From Felis catus (lineage: Eukaryota), in NCBI RefSeq assembly GCF_018350175.1, contig NC_058373.1, positions 105,712,001 through 105,776,000 of the forward strand: 64,000 nucleotides of DNA, read 5' to 3'. Below the pieces are notes generated by a model. The model ran no database searches, was not told the DNA's origin, and saw nothing but the letters and a program-made list of their open reading frames with translations. Each line of letters starts with the position of its first letter. Position 1 is the stretch's first letter. Below, one piece after another: positions 41,809 to 52,422 of the stretch. Position numbers and translations under genes: made by a program.

Positions 41809-42343
41809 CTCAGAAAATTGTTTTTGACCAGCCTTACAAAGTTGCATCTGTTTCATGTGCAGAATGTTTTTCAGCCAGCCAAAGATTCAGTGTAGATATC
41901 TAGAACTCATTCTCTGTGTAGCTTCCTCCACCATGAAACTCTGCCCATAAACTGTAGCCACCTTAGCTTTACAGAAATCCAATCTCTGTCTCCTCAACTC
42001 AGCAACATCGTCATGCTCTTTGGGGATCCCCCTCTCTATGTCCCATTCTAGAAATTACTTCCAAACCATCTGGACAGTTGTGCTCATTTCATTTGCTTCC
42101 CTTCTCTTAATGCTTACAGTCTGTCTCTTGGGGTATTGTACCTCTGGTTACCATCACCCTGTTCTCATCTAACATGTCATCGCAGAGTGTTCTTGTTCAG
42201 TCTCATTTTTAAAACTCCCATATGTATTATTATACATGTAGTTTCTGTTTTGACTTGCTCACATTTTATTGGTTTCTTTATTAATTCTTTCTTCATCTCA
42301 GGGGTTCTTTCAGGGATAATTTTCCTAGTGAAATATATCTTTT

Positions 42344-43952
42344 TGTTGTTGTATGAATATTAAATGTCATTGTATTTATTTTTTAAATTTATTTACCTAA
42401 ATTCAAGTTAGTTATCATACAGTGTAGTACTGGTTTCAGGAGTAGAACCCAGTGATTCATCCCTTACATATGACACCCAGTGTTCATTCCAACAAGTGCC
42501 CTCCTTAATGCCCATCACCCATTTTGTCCATCCCCCCCCCCACCCCACAGACAACCCCTCCATCAACCCTCAGTTTGTTGTCTGTATTTAAGAGTCTCTT
42601 AAGGGGGCGCCTGGGTGGCTCAGTCGGTTGAGCGTCCGACTTCGGCTCAGGTCATGATCTCACAGTTTGTGGGTTCAAGCCCCGCGTTGGGCTCTGTGCT
42701 GACTGCTTGCTCACAGCCTGGAGCCTGCTTCAGATTCTGTGTCTCCTTCTCTTTCTGCCCCTCCCCCGCTCACGCTTTATCTCACTCTGTTTCTCAAAAA
42801 TAAATAAAATGTAAAAAAAAAAAAATTTTTTTTAAAAAGAGTCTCTTAAGGTTTGCCTCCCTCTCTGTTTTTATCTTATTTTTCCTTCCCTTCCCCTATG
42901 GTCATCTGTTGTGTTTCTTAAATTCCACACATGAATGAAATCATATCATGTTTTGTCTTTCTCTGCCTGATTTATTTTGCTTAGCATAATACACTCTAGT
43001 TCCATCCACATTGTTGCAAGTGGTAAGATTTCATTCTTTTTGATTCCTGAGTAGTATACCATGGCATATATATATATGTATATGTATATATATATATGTA
43101 TATACATATATATATGCCACATCTTCTTTATTCATTCATCATTTGATGGACATTTGGGTTCTTTCCAATATTTGGCTATTGTTGATAGCACTGCTATAAA
43201 CATTGGTGTACATGTGCCCTTCAAATCAGCATTTTTGTATCCTTTAGATAAATACCTAGTAGGTCACCCAATTGCTGGGTTGTAGGGTAGTTATATTTTT
43301 AATTTTTTGAGGAACCTCCACACTGTTTTCCAGAGTGGCTGCACCAGTTTGCATTCCCACCTACAATACGACAGGGTTCCTCTTTCTCCATATCCTTGCC
43401 AGCATCTGTTGTTTCCTGAGTTGTTAATTTTAGCCATTCTGACAGGCGTGATGTTGTATGTCACTGTAGTTTTGATTTGTATTCCCCTGATGATGAGTGA
43501 TGTTGACCATCTTGTCATGTGTCTGTTAGCCACCTGGATGTCTTTGTTGGAAAGTGCTTTATTCATGTCTTCTGCCCATTTCTTTACCGGATTCTTTGTT
43601 TTTTGGGTGTTGAGTTTGATAAGTTCTTTATAGATTTTGGATATTAACCCCCCCCACTTTTTTTCTTGCTCATATCTTCTCCCATTCTGCCATTTGCCTT
43701 TTAGTTTCCTTGATTGTTTCCCTTGTTGTGCAGAAGCTTATCTTGATGAGGTCTCAGTAGTTCATTTTTGCTTTTATTTCCCTCACCTCTGGAGACATGT
43801 CTAGTTAGAGGTTGCTGTGGCCAAGGTCAAAGAGGTTGCTGCTTGTTGTCTCCTGGATTTTGATGGTTTCCTATCTCACGTTTAGGTCTTTCATCCATTT
43901 TGAATTTATTTTTGTGTATGGTATAAGAAAGTGGTCCAGTTTAATTCTTCTA
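42344..43952 (-). mobile_element. Carnivore L1 3' fragment containing a SINE
   Basis: ORF2 fragment 43291-43566; approximate TSD tgaaata(t/c)atcttt at 42329 and 43953. Confidence 0.88.
42603..42837 (+). mobile_element. SINE inserted in an L1 3' UTR
   Basis: TSD aagagtctcttaag. Confidence 0.92.
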
Positions 43953-45384
43953 TGAAATACATCTTTAATACATTTCTCTGGTGAGAGTCTGCTAGTGAAA
44001 GCACTCTTTTTTTATTCATTTTGTTTTGGCCTAAGTGTGTATTCATCTCATCTTCTTTCTTGAAATGTATTTTAGCAGAGTATGCAATACTAGGTTGACA
44101 ATTGTTTTCTTTCAGAACATGGGAGACTAAATTATTTCACTATTTTGTAGCTTCCTTCAGCTGCTTTTAAGGCATTTTCTGTCAATCTAATTGCCTATAC
44201 TATTGTAGGTAATTTATCTTTTCTCTCTGGCATCAGAAACTACTTTCTCTGATTCTATGCGCTTCTTTTGATCTCTGCTCTTTTTCAGTTTTAATTTAAC
44301 AGTCTAGATGGAGCTTTTGTTCTTATTTTGCTTGGGGTTTGCCTCCTGAATCTTCATAGTTGTTTCTCTTACCAATTCTGGGAAATTCATTAATTTTTTT
44401 TTAAATGACCAATATTATTGACCTATTATTTCACTCCTCTGTCTTCTCTTAACTCCTATTTTACATTGTCTTTTTTGAGTAATACAATAAGACATACCTT
44501 TCCTTATTTTCTTTTTGACTCCATATTCTTTTCTAATGTTTTGAATTTTTAATTTTGAGAATTATATTTTCCCTTTCTGGAAGTTCTATTTTATCCTCTT
44601 TAAATTTGTTTGGTGTTTCTTGGTAATCTTGTATTCCTACCTGTCTCTATTTTTTTTGTCTCATTAAACAAATCAAACATATTTTGTACTTTGTAACCAA
44701 CCACTACAAGATCTGAAATTTTAGGATTTTAATTTTGCTATTAGATTTATCTGTGACTCCCATAATGGCATTCTTACCTTGCTTTTAGAGGTATTTGAAA
44801 TAGAATACCGCCAGTATTTCACTATTAAACATGAAGCTGCTGGGGTTTGTTATAGTTACTTGTTTTATCAAATTTAAACATTCTGTTCCTATTTCTAACT
44901 TACAAAATATTACCCTAAAACTATTTCATCTATTTTTGTACTAATTAAAATAATTAATATATGCTTTCATCTTTATTATTATATTATTATATATATTTAT
45001 ATTAAATTTATTATGTTTTTAGTGATTTCCTATTCAACGTTAGTACATGCTTTTAGTCATAATGTATTCTTTTATAACTCTGCTAGATTTTATTTAATAA
45101 TATTTTATTTAGATTTGGACTTCTATGTTTATAGGCAGTTTATAATGTCCTTCCTTTATTCCTTTTCTCCCTCCTTCCTTTATACCTCTGCTATCCATGT
45201 CTAGTTTTGATATATTAGTACCAGATTTATTCTGACATTTCATAAGGAATCAGGAAGCACAGAAAAAAAATCTTTGAATTATTCTCCTCATTGTATCACT
45301 TTCCACTTTCTCCCTGACTCTGTATTTGCAGTTTCTCAGGAGCGTTTAGAGAATTAAGGCACTGACCTCTTGAACAGGTCACTA

Positions 45385-45399
45385 CTATTACTCTTTATT

Positions 45400-45446
<47 letters not shown>

Positions 45447-46435
45447 TTTGAGGGAGAGAGTGTGTACATGCACAAGGACACATGTGCAGGGGAGGGGCAA
45501 GAGGAGAGGGACAGAGAGAAACCCCAGGAGGCTCCATGCCAGGCGCAGAGCCTGATGCAGGGCTATCTCTATCTCACGCACCATGAGATCATGACCTGAG
45601 ACAAAGTCGGACGCTTAATCAACTGAGCCACCCAGGCGCCCCATACTAACACATATATCTGTCCTGAAAGGTGTTACTGAAACTCGGCTAGATCAAAAAT
45701 CAAAAATTAAGCTATAGTCATCTAGACGTGAGTCTACTCTGGCCAGAATTGTTTTAGTCTTTAAATTCTGTGGTAACATCGGCATTATCCTTATGTAAAA
45801 CCGGCAACAATACATTAAAAGATTGCAACCAAACAAACAACAACAACAAAAAAGATTCCAACTGTGCAATCTTAATCGTTATGGGAAAAGGAAAAAAGTC
45901 TGATTACTTATAAGACTAACTTGTATTGATTTTCTAATGGAAGAAAAATAACCATATAACTTAACTTTCTTGAAAAGAAATATCTAGGTAGCCTAAAAAA
46001 GTACATTCTTTTTTTATTGTTGTTTTGTTTTAAAGTTTATTTATTTTGGGGCGCCTGGGTGGCTCAGTCGGTTAAGCGTCCGACTTCAACTCAGGTCAGG
46101 ATCTCACGGTCTGTGAGTTCGAGCCCCGCTCAGGTTCTGGGCTGGTGGCTCAGAGCCTGGAGCCTGCTTCCGATTCTGTGTCTCCCTCTCTCTCTGCCCC
46201 TCCCCCGTTCATGCTCTGTCTCTGTCTCAAAAATAAATAAACATTAAAAAATTAAAAAAAAATTTATTTATTTTAAGAGAGAGGGAGGGAGGGGCAGAGA
46301 AGAGGGAGAGAGAGAATCTGAAGCAGGCTGCACATGGTCAGCACCAAGCTCAATACAGGGCTGAAACTCACAAACTATGAGGTCGTGACCTGAGCCGCAA
46401 TCAAGAGTTGGACGCTTAACCAACCGGGACACCCC
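45385..46435. mobile_element. Three SINEs (45385-45642 minus, 46047-46262 plus, 46263-46435 minus)
   Basis: Heads and tails visible; (TTTA)n tail on the first. Confidence 0.88.
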
Positions 46436-47006
46436 ATTGTTACTGTTTTAGATTTAGATTTGGCCAAGGTTCTTTCACCAACAAAATTCTATGTATTTTA
46501 AACTTTCCAGAAATTGCTGGCTCTGTCATGAACTCCTTTCTTTTCTCCAGTGATGTGATAAAATCACTGTGCTCTTATATTATTTTTCTTTTATTTCTCA
46601 TGATCGCAGTTTGCTTAAATTGGAAGTCTCTCTGTAGCTATCTATGACCCAGATTTGCTAATTACTTTAAAATAATTGAACTTTATTAACATTTTAATCC
46701 TGATGCTAAATTTATATACACACTCTCACCAGTTTCCTCCAAAAATATTGTTATAGTCCTATCTAATCCATACACAACTTCTTAAAGTTTGACACCCCGA
46801 AAACAAATAGGGTTCTTCATCACAAATGATCATCCTAAGCATTTCTATTTCACCTGAGCCTAAGGAAAAATTCTAACTTGACCCAGTTAAATATGGGTTT
46901 GTTTTTAACCCAACTAAATGAAACTAATTTTCTTTAGTGTCTTCTCGAAGAAACATAAATTACACAACCCCCAACTTTGGTTTTTGTTTTTTCTCTTAAT
47001 TTGCAG

Positions 47007-47121
47007 ATGATGACTTCGCTCATCTTATCAGGAATACCTCCCTTAGGAAATAAGACTAGTGCCTCCTTTTGGATGTTTAGAAACTCTTTAACGACTTCTT
47101 TAATCATCATATCTACAATTG
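47007..47121 (+). pseudogene. K2P coding exon 2 (cap helix 2, loop, pore helix 1), 115 bp, open
   Basis: Pyrimidine tract and ttgcag acceptor; translates MMTSLILSGIPPLGNKTSASFWMFRNSLTTSLIIISTI+G; donor G|gtagat splits the first Gly of GYG (phase 1). Confidence 0.88.
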
Positions 47122-47680
47122 GTAGATATTGTGCTTTTTTTTTTCTGAGGATGTAAATATTTGATAAATGTTTTGCATAAGGAACTGCCTGCATACTGTC
47201 CATATATTTATATGTTTGGTATCTTAGATTTAATTAAATAAAGTAGTCAGTTTAAGGGGCAGGTACCCTTCCAGAACTAGGTCTACTAAGAAAAAAGGGA
47301 AGCTGGCAATATTCATGGCTGTCTGTGAAAAGGACATTTTTTCTTCTTTCCTACACTTGGGTCTCTTAAAATCTTGGCCTAAAAGTATGGTCTCTGAACC
47401 AGAAAGTGTGGGGAGTAAAAAAGTTGTCCCCCACCCCCACCCCATCTCAACAAAAAAATGTTTCAAAGCTAGAAAAATGTGCCCAAATAAGTCAATTGGG
47501 ACTTCATTCTCTTCTCGCACCCCCCCAAAAGGTGCATCATCAACTCGTGGGCAAAATCGACCCATGAATGAGGTTCAAAAAATTTTTTTCTTAGAATAAG
47601 GAGCTCCCCAAAGGGGTAGGTTGTAGCTGCAGAACAGGGTGCAAATGCTATTACAGAGGATGATAAAAAAAGAAACCAGA

Positions 47681-48646
47681 GGGGCACCTGGGTGAGTTGG
47701 TTGAGGGTCTGACTCTTGATTTTTGGCTCAGGTCACGATCTCGCTGTGTGTGAGTTCGAGCCTCAAGTCAGGATCTGAACTGATAGCTCCGAGCCTGCTT
47801 GGGATTCTCTCTCTCTTTCTCTCTCCATCCCTCCCCACCTCAAAATAAATATTTAAAAAAAAAAAACTAGAATATGGAATGATGACGAGGGGAAGGAAAG
47901 AGGGAGAAAAGATAATAGGGAAGATAAACTCCTTATTACAATATCAGGAATCAAGAATTTATAAAGAATATTTAAACAGTGTTTTTTCTTTAAAGTTTAT
48001 TTACTTTGAGAAAGAGAGCATGAGTTAGGGAGGGACAGAGAGAGAGGGAGAGAGAGAGCATCCCAAGCAGGCTTTGGGCTGCAGCACAGAGCTGGACCTG
48101 GGGCTCCAACTCACAAACCATGAGATCCTGACTTGAGCTGAAACCAACAGTTGGACGCTTAAGTGACTGAGCCACCCAGACACCCCTAAACAGGGGTATT
48201 TTTTTTTAAGTACAAAGGCAAACATAGAAGAATGAGAAGTGGTAATATAAATATCAAACTTGGAGAGATGGAAGAAGATGGTTATAGGGGTTGAATCCCT
48301 TTCAGTTACAAAATACCTAAAATTGATAAATCAACAAAGGGAGGTATGACCACAAACATTAGTCTAATCCAACAGAGTAGCTCTGAAGCAGGGATTGCAC
48401 CGCAGATAATTTATTACTAAATTACACCACAAATTTTTTTTTTAACGTTTATTTATTTTTGAGACAGAGAGGGAGAGAGAGCACGTGTGCAAGCAGGGGA
48501 GGGGCAGAGATAGGGGGACAGAGGATCTGAAGCAGAATCTGCACTGACAGCAGAGAGCCTGATGCAGGGCTCGAACTCACGAACCATGAGATCATGATCT
48601 GAACTGAAGCCTGATGCTTAACCAACTAAGCCACCCGGGCGCCCCC
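47681..48646. mobile_element. Three SINEs in K2P intron 2 (47681-47866 plus, 47985-48186 minus, 48433-48646 minus)
   Basis: Heads, linkers and tails visible. Confidence 0.88.
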
Positions 48647-49511
48647 ACAAGATGTGTTTTTATAACCCTCTGTCAGTCAGCTGTTGGTACTCGTGCCTCC
48701 CAAGGTGAGGTGTGGGCAGACCTCCCAGGTGCAGCATCTCCACTGGGCTAGGAACACTTACTTCTCGAGAGAAGGACACGCTGCCTTCGCGGTTGATACT
48801 TATGGCACCTGGGAATGAGAGTATACCAAAAGGTTCAAAGGAATCTGGGTGAAGGCCCGAGCTCATAAACTGTGGCATGCATTTTAAAAATTAGTTGATA
48901 AATAAAGCAAATGCTCTTCACTTTCTGGTTTGCTTGCAAAAGTAGAATGTGCTACGTGCAAAACTTGGATACATAGAAAACCACAATTTTTAAACAATTA
49001 AGCATAATCTCACAGCTCCCCATACCTGAACTGTCAACCTTTTGTCTCAGAAAGTTCTTCATATATAAATGACAATAGTCAGTTTTAGATGGCTTTCTCA
49101 GAGCAATATGTCATCTGTATCTTTCTAGTCATATATATTTCATTATGACCCTTAAAGATCTGACAATATTTCATTGCATTGATATACCATATTGTACATG
49201 ATCAGGTTCCTTTATTGCTGAACAGGTATACTGATTCCAATTTTTTTTTTTTTTTAATTTGTAACGCTGACACTGTGAAAAATCTTTTTCGTTTTCGTTC
49301 ACATTTCTTGATTATTTTCTTAGAGTGAAATCTGAATTCTCATGTTTTTTTTTTTGTTTTGTTTTGTTTTTTAATATGTGCTGTGTGTGCTAGGCTTCTT
49401 AGAGTACCAACGACTAAAGATTTGTTCTCAAAGCCCAGTGTCAAATGTGCAAATTATACCAAGTTACCATATTTTGAGGGGGATCGCATTTATCCTTTTT
49501 TCTTTTATCAG

Positions 49512-49678
49512 GTTATGGAACAATATTTCCTAGAACTGCTGGTGAACAGATGTTCCGTGCTGTCTTTGCTGCAATTGGAATCCCTCTAACTATCATATTC
49601 TTTAAACACCTTGGTAAATTAATTTCTCTGCCACTTGACAACCTTGGAAACTACCTTAAATATAAGGGAATAAGTGAG
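49512..49678 (+). pseudogene. K2P coding exon 3 (filter GYG and M2), 167 bp, open
   Basis: tttttcttttatcag acceptor; (G)YGTIFPRTAGEQMFRAVFAAIGIPLTIIFFKHLG...KGISE; donor GAG|gttaag (phase 0). Confidence 0.92.
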
Positions 49679-50313
49679 GTTAAGCTTTCTCTCTCTCTTC
49701 CCACAATCACACACACATACACATATCTGGGAGAGAAATTTTGTTTATGGATTCACAACCTTAGATTGACCACGCACATGACATTTTATATTTACTGGAT
49801 TCATGTTGAATGAAATTTGTAGGAGTCGAAAAAGCAAAGCACTCTGTGTTATGAAACAGAAGAGAAAATCCAGCATTCAAGAGACCATCTGTTTCCTCTT
49901 AGGTGATTTGCCTCCAATTATTTAACTTATAAGATGAGCAGTGGTGAATTGGTATGACCTAAATGTTCTCAAAGTCATTTAGCCAGCTCCTTTATTTTAC
50001 AGAAGAGGAAAACATTTTATAAAGGCTGAATGACTTACCCAAGATTACCCAAAGAATTAGAGGTCGTGCAGACCTGAGAGGTGCAAAGCCTTGTCTACGT
50101 ATCAGGTTGAAACATGTGTGGTCACCTTAGTAATTAGCACAAGTTTTACTCTTTTTAAAAAATTAGAAACACAGTTCTTTGTTTAAAAATTGAATAATTT
50201 ATTACCAAATTGCTAAGTGGTACACATTCTTCAAGAAGCTACAGTTAACCCTTGAACAACATGTGTTTGAACTGCATGGGTCCACTTAAATACTTTTTTT
50301 TTTATTTGCTACG

Positions 50314-51212
50314 GTTTTTTTTTTTTTTTCCCCTTACTATGAAAGCTTTATTGTTTCCATTTGGTCCACAGCTTAGGAGAGGGCTCTAGGGTATTTAAAG
50401 AGCCCTATCGTGGCTGAGATCATCAGACAGAAACCATGATGCCAGGAGGATGCCAGAGGGGCCCCTGAAGGGCTGCTGGGTCCTGGAGGCTCCCAGTCAC
50501 ATGAAAGAGTGAGCCTTTCTGAGAGATCCTCTTCCAGCCCTGAGGACTGGCCAGCCTGCGGACCTTAGTCAGATGGTCCCTGTCTTCTTGATGCAGCTCA
50601 CCTCCTCATCCAGGAAGTGGTTTTCCACAGAGTCACAGGGATGGGAGCCTGCCAGCGCAGAGCCCAGGGCATAAATATCCAGAAGGGCCTGCCTCGGGCG
50701 CGTCTCCAGGACCTTGGCAGTTTCCGTGGCATTGGGGGTTTTACCCCCTTATCCTGGGCTGGCTTCTGCCTCCTAGGACAGGACATGGCTGCCCTGCTGG
50801 TTTTGCATCAAGAGAGGCTTGGTGACCTAGTGTTTCTCCTCAGCCAGCTCACAGAAGAAGTGGCCCACACCCTCCAGAGCCACATGGTGGAATTTGAAAC
50901 CGCAGCCCAGAGAGAGAGGTGTAGGAGGCCGGCAGATGCGTGTTGACCAGGTAGCTGATGGTGGCCTCCACCTGAGTGGAATAATTCTGATGGATCTGGG
51001 GGCTCATGGTTGATCAGCAATAAGCAGTTAAGCTCAGAAAACAGTGTTGGCTGGTCCCACAGACAGAGGGTAGCTGAGACAATTCTAAATGTTGTGACTG
51101 GAAAAGAGGTTGGAGGGTGGTGGGAGGCTGGAGGAGGGGCATCCCTGGGCCTGTTCTGCCCAAATACTGTTGAAGCAAGAGACAGATCTGAGGGACCGCT
51201 GGGTGCACTGCC
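50314..51212 (-). pseudogene. FTL: Processed ferritin light chain pseudogene (full-length retrocopy)
   Basis: From the ATG at 51007 the minus strand reads MSPQIHQNYSTQVEATISYLVNTHLPASYT; after frameshifts it reads VALEGVGHFFCELAEEKH* and ENHFLDEEV. No introns, FTL-like 5' and 3' UTRs, AATAAA near 50347-50352 and a poly(A) remnant near 50314-50328. Confidence 0.95.
51152..51185 (-). promoter_or_regulatory. Degenerate iron-responsive element in the FTL retrocopy 5' UTR
   Basis: Minus strand TGTCTCTTGCTTCAACAGTATTTGGGCAGAACA; the loop is CAGTAT rather than canonical CAGTGN. Confidence 0.85.
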
Positions 51213-51496
51213 TATAGGCAGATTGTTTTCAGTATCGTGCTGTAAATATATTTTCTCTTCCCTATGCTTTTTTTAAAGAACATGTTCTTTTCTCTAAATA
51301 CTTTATTGTAAGAATACAGTTTACAATGCATATAACATACAAAATATGTGTTCGTTGACTGTTATCAGTAAGGCCTCTGGTCAACAGTAGGCTATTAGTG
51401 GTTAAGTTTGGGGGGAGTCCAAAGTTATATGGGTTTCCCACTATATGTGGTCAATACTTCTAGCCCCCACCTTGTTCAAGGGTCAACTGTATTTTA

Positions 51497-51725
51497 TTTT
51501 CTTTTTTTAAAAATTTTTTTTTCAACATTTATTTATTTTTGGGACAGAGAGAGACAGAGCGTGAACAGGGGAGGGGCAGAGAGAGAGGGAGACACAGAAT
51601 CGGAAACAGGCTCCAGGCTCTGAGCCATCAGCCCAGAGCCCGACGCGGGGCTCGAACTCACGGACCGCGAGATCGTGACCTGGCTGAAGTCGGACGCTTA
51701 ACCGACTGCGCCACCCAGGCGCCCC
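51497..51725 (-). mobile_element. Young SINEC_Fc-type SINE
   Basis: TSD gtattttattttct. Confidence 0.93.
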
Positions 51726-52422
51726 AGTATTTTATTTTCTATAAAGGAACATAAAGATGGGATCCTGTTCAGAATGCCCACAGGGAGTAGGTAGGCAAGA
51801 TGAGAATCCCATTAATTGATATAATCAGAGTCCTTACTCTGGGGGCAGAGAGCCTTCAGAATGTGGGGTGTCACTTTCTTTGTTTTTTCTTGTGTTATTT
51901 TTGGAAGTCTATTGTTAACTATAAAATCTGCACAGTTAATTAGAGTTTAGACCAAGCTTGGTTGTACAATATAATCACCTTTGAGCTTTAAGAAATCCTG
52001 ATACCTAGGCTCCACTCTGGGCCCATTTGATCTGAATCTTTGAAGGTGGAAACTCAATGGTTTTTATTTTATTTATTTTACTTTATTTTATCTTATTTAT
52101 TTAATTAATTATTCTTTCATGTTTATTCATTTTTTTGTTAATGTAGCATTTATTAGAATTAGATTTGACTGCATTATCCTTTCATGTTATTATTATTTTT
52201 TAATATATGAAATTTATTATCAAATTGGTTTCCATACAACACCCAGTGCTCATCCCAAAAGGTGCCCTCCTCAATACCCATCACCCACCCTCCCCTCCCT
52301 CCCACCCCCATCAACCCTCAGTTTGTTCTCAGTTTTTAACAGTCTCTTACGCTTTGGCTCTCTCCCACTCTAACCTCTTTTTTTTTTTCCTTCCCCTCCC
52401 CCATGGGTTTCTGTTAAGTTTC

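Larger units (their letters stand above)
35691..49678 (+). pseudogene. Divergent K2P (KCNK16/TALK-like) potassium channel gene, exons 1-3, probably a unitary pseudogene; 3' exons not in window
   Basis: Spliced translation INTRFQKATLLLTYILYLVLGAMIF*ALEKDLEVQEHQLAVKTKIAFLEKRSSMTQEDVELFVQ / MMTSLILSGIPPLGNKTSASFWMFRNSLTTSLIIISTI / GYGTIFPRTAGEQMFRAVFAAIGIPLTIIFFKHLGKLISLPLDNLGNYLKYKGISE. It shows the K2P M1 motif (YLxLGAxxFxxLE), cap, TIGYG filter and GIPL M2 motif, with GT-AG introns in compatible phases. Confidence 0.9.
50242..51489 (+). mobile_element. Tigger2-type (TcMar) non-autonomous DNA transposon, split by the FTL retrocopy
   Basis: Terminal inverted repeats CAGTTAACCCTTGAACAA (50242) and TTGTTCAAGGGTCAACTG (ends 51489), each flanked by TA. 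Confidence 0.85.

Noticed and set aside
46934..47687. ORFs 46934-47203 (-), 47230-47565 (-), 47315-47599 (+) and 47469-47687 (-)
   Set aside because: The first is the antisense shadow of K2P exon 2; the others have no recognisable motif and lie in intron 2.
35691..49678. Calling the gene KCNK16, KCNK17 or KCNK5, or a functional CDS
   Set aside because: Identity to recalled sequences is far below ortholog level and exon 1 has an in-frame stop, so no symbol was assigned.
49679..49813. ORF-track extension of exon 3 (VKLSLSLPT...)
   Set aside because: Read-through past the donor into low-complexity intron sequence.
50493..51007. Functional FTL retrogene
   Set aside because: Frameshift near codon 31, premature stops and loss of the normal stop codon.
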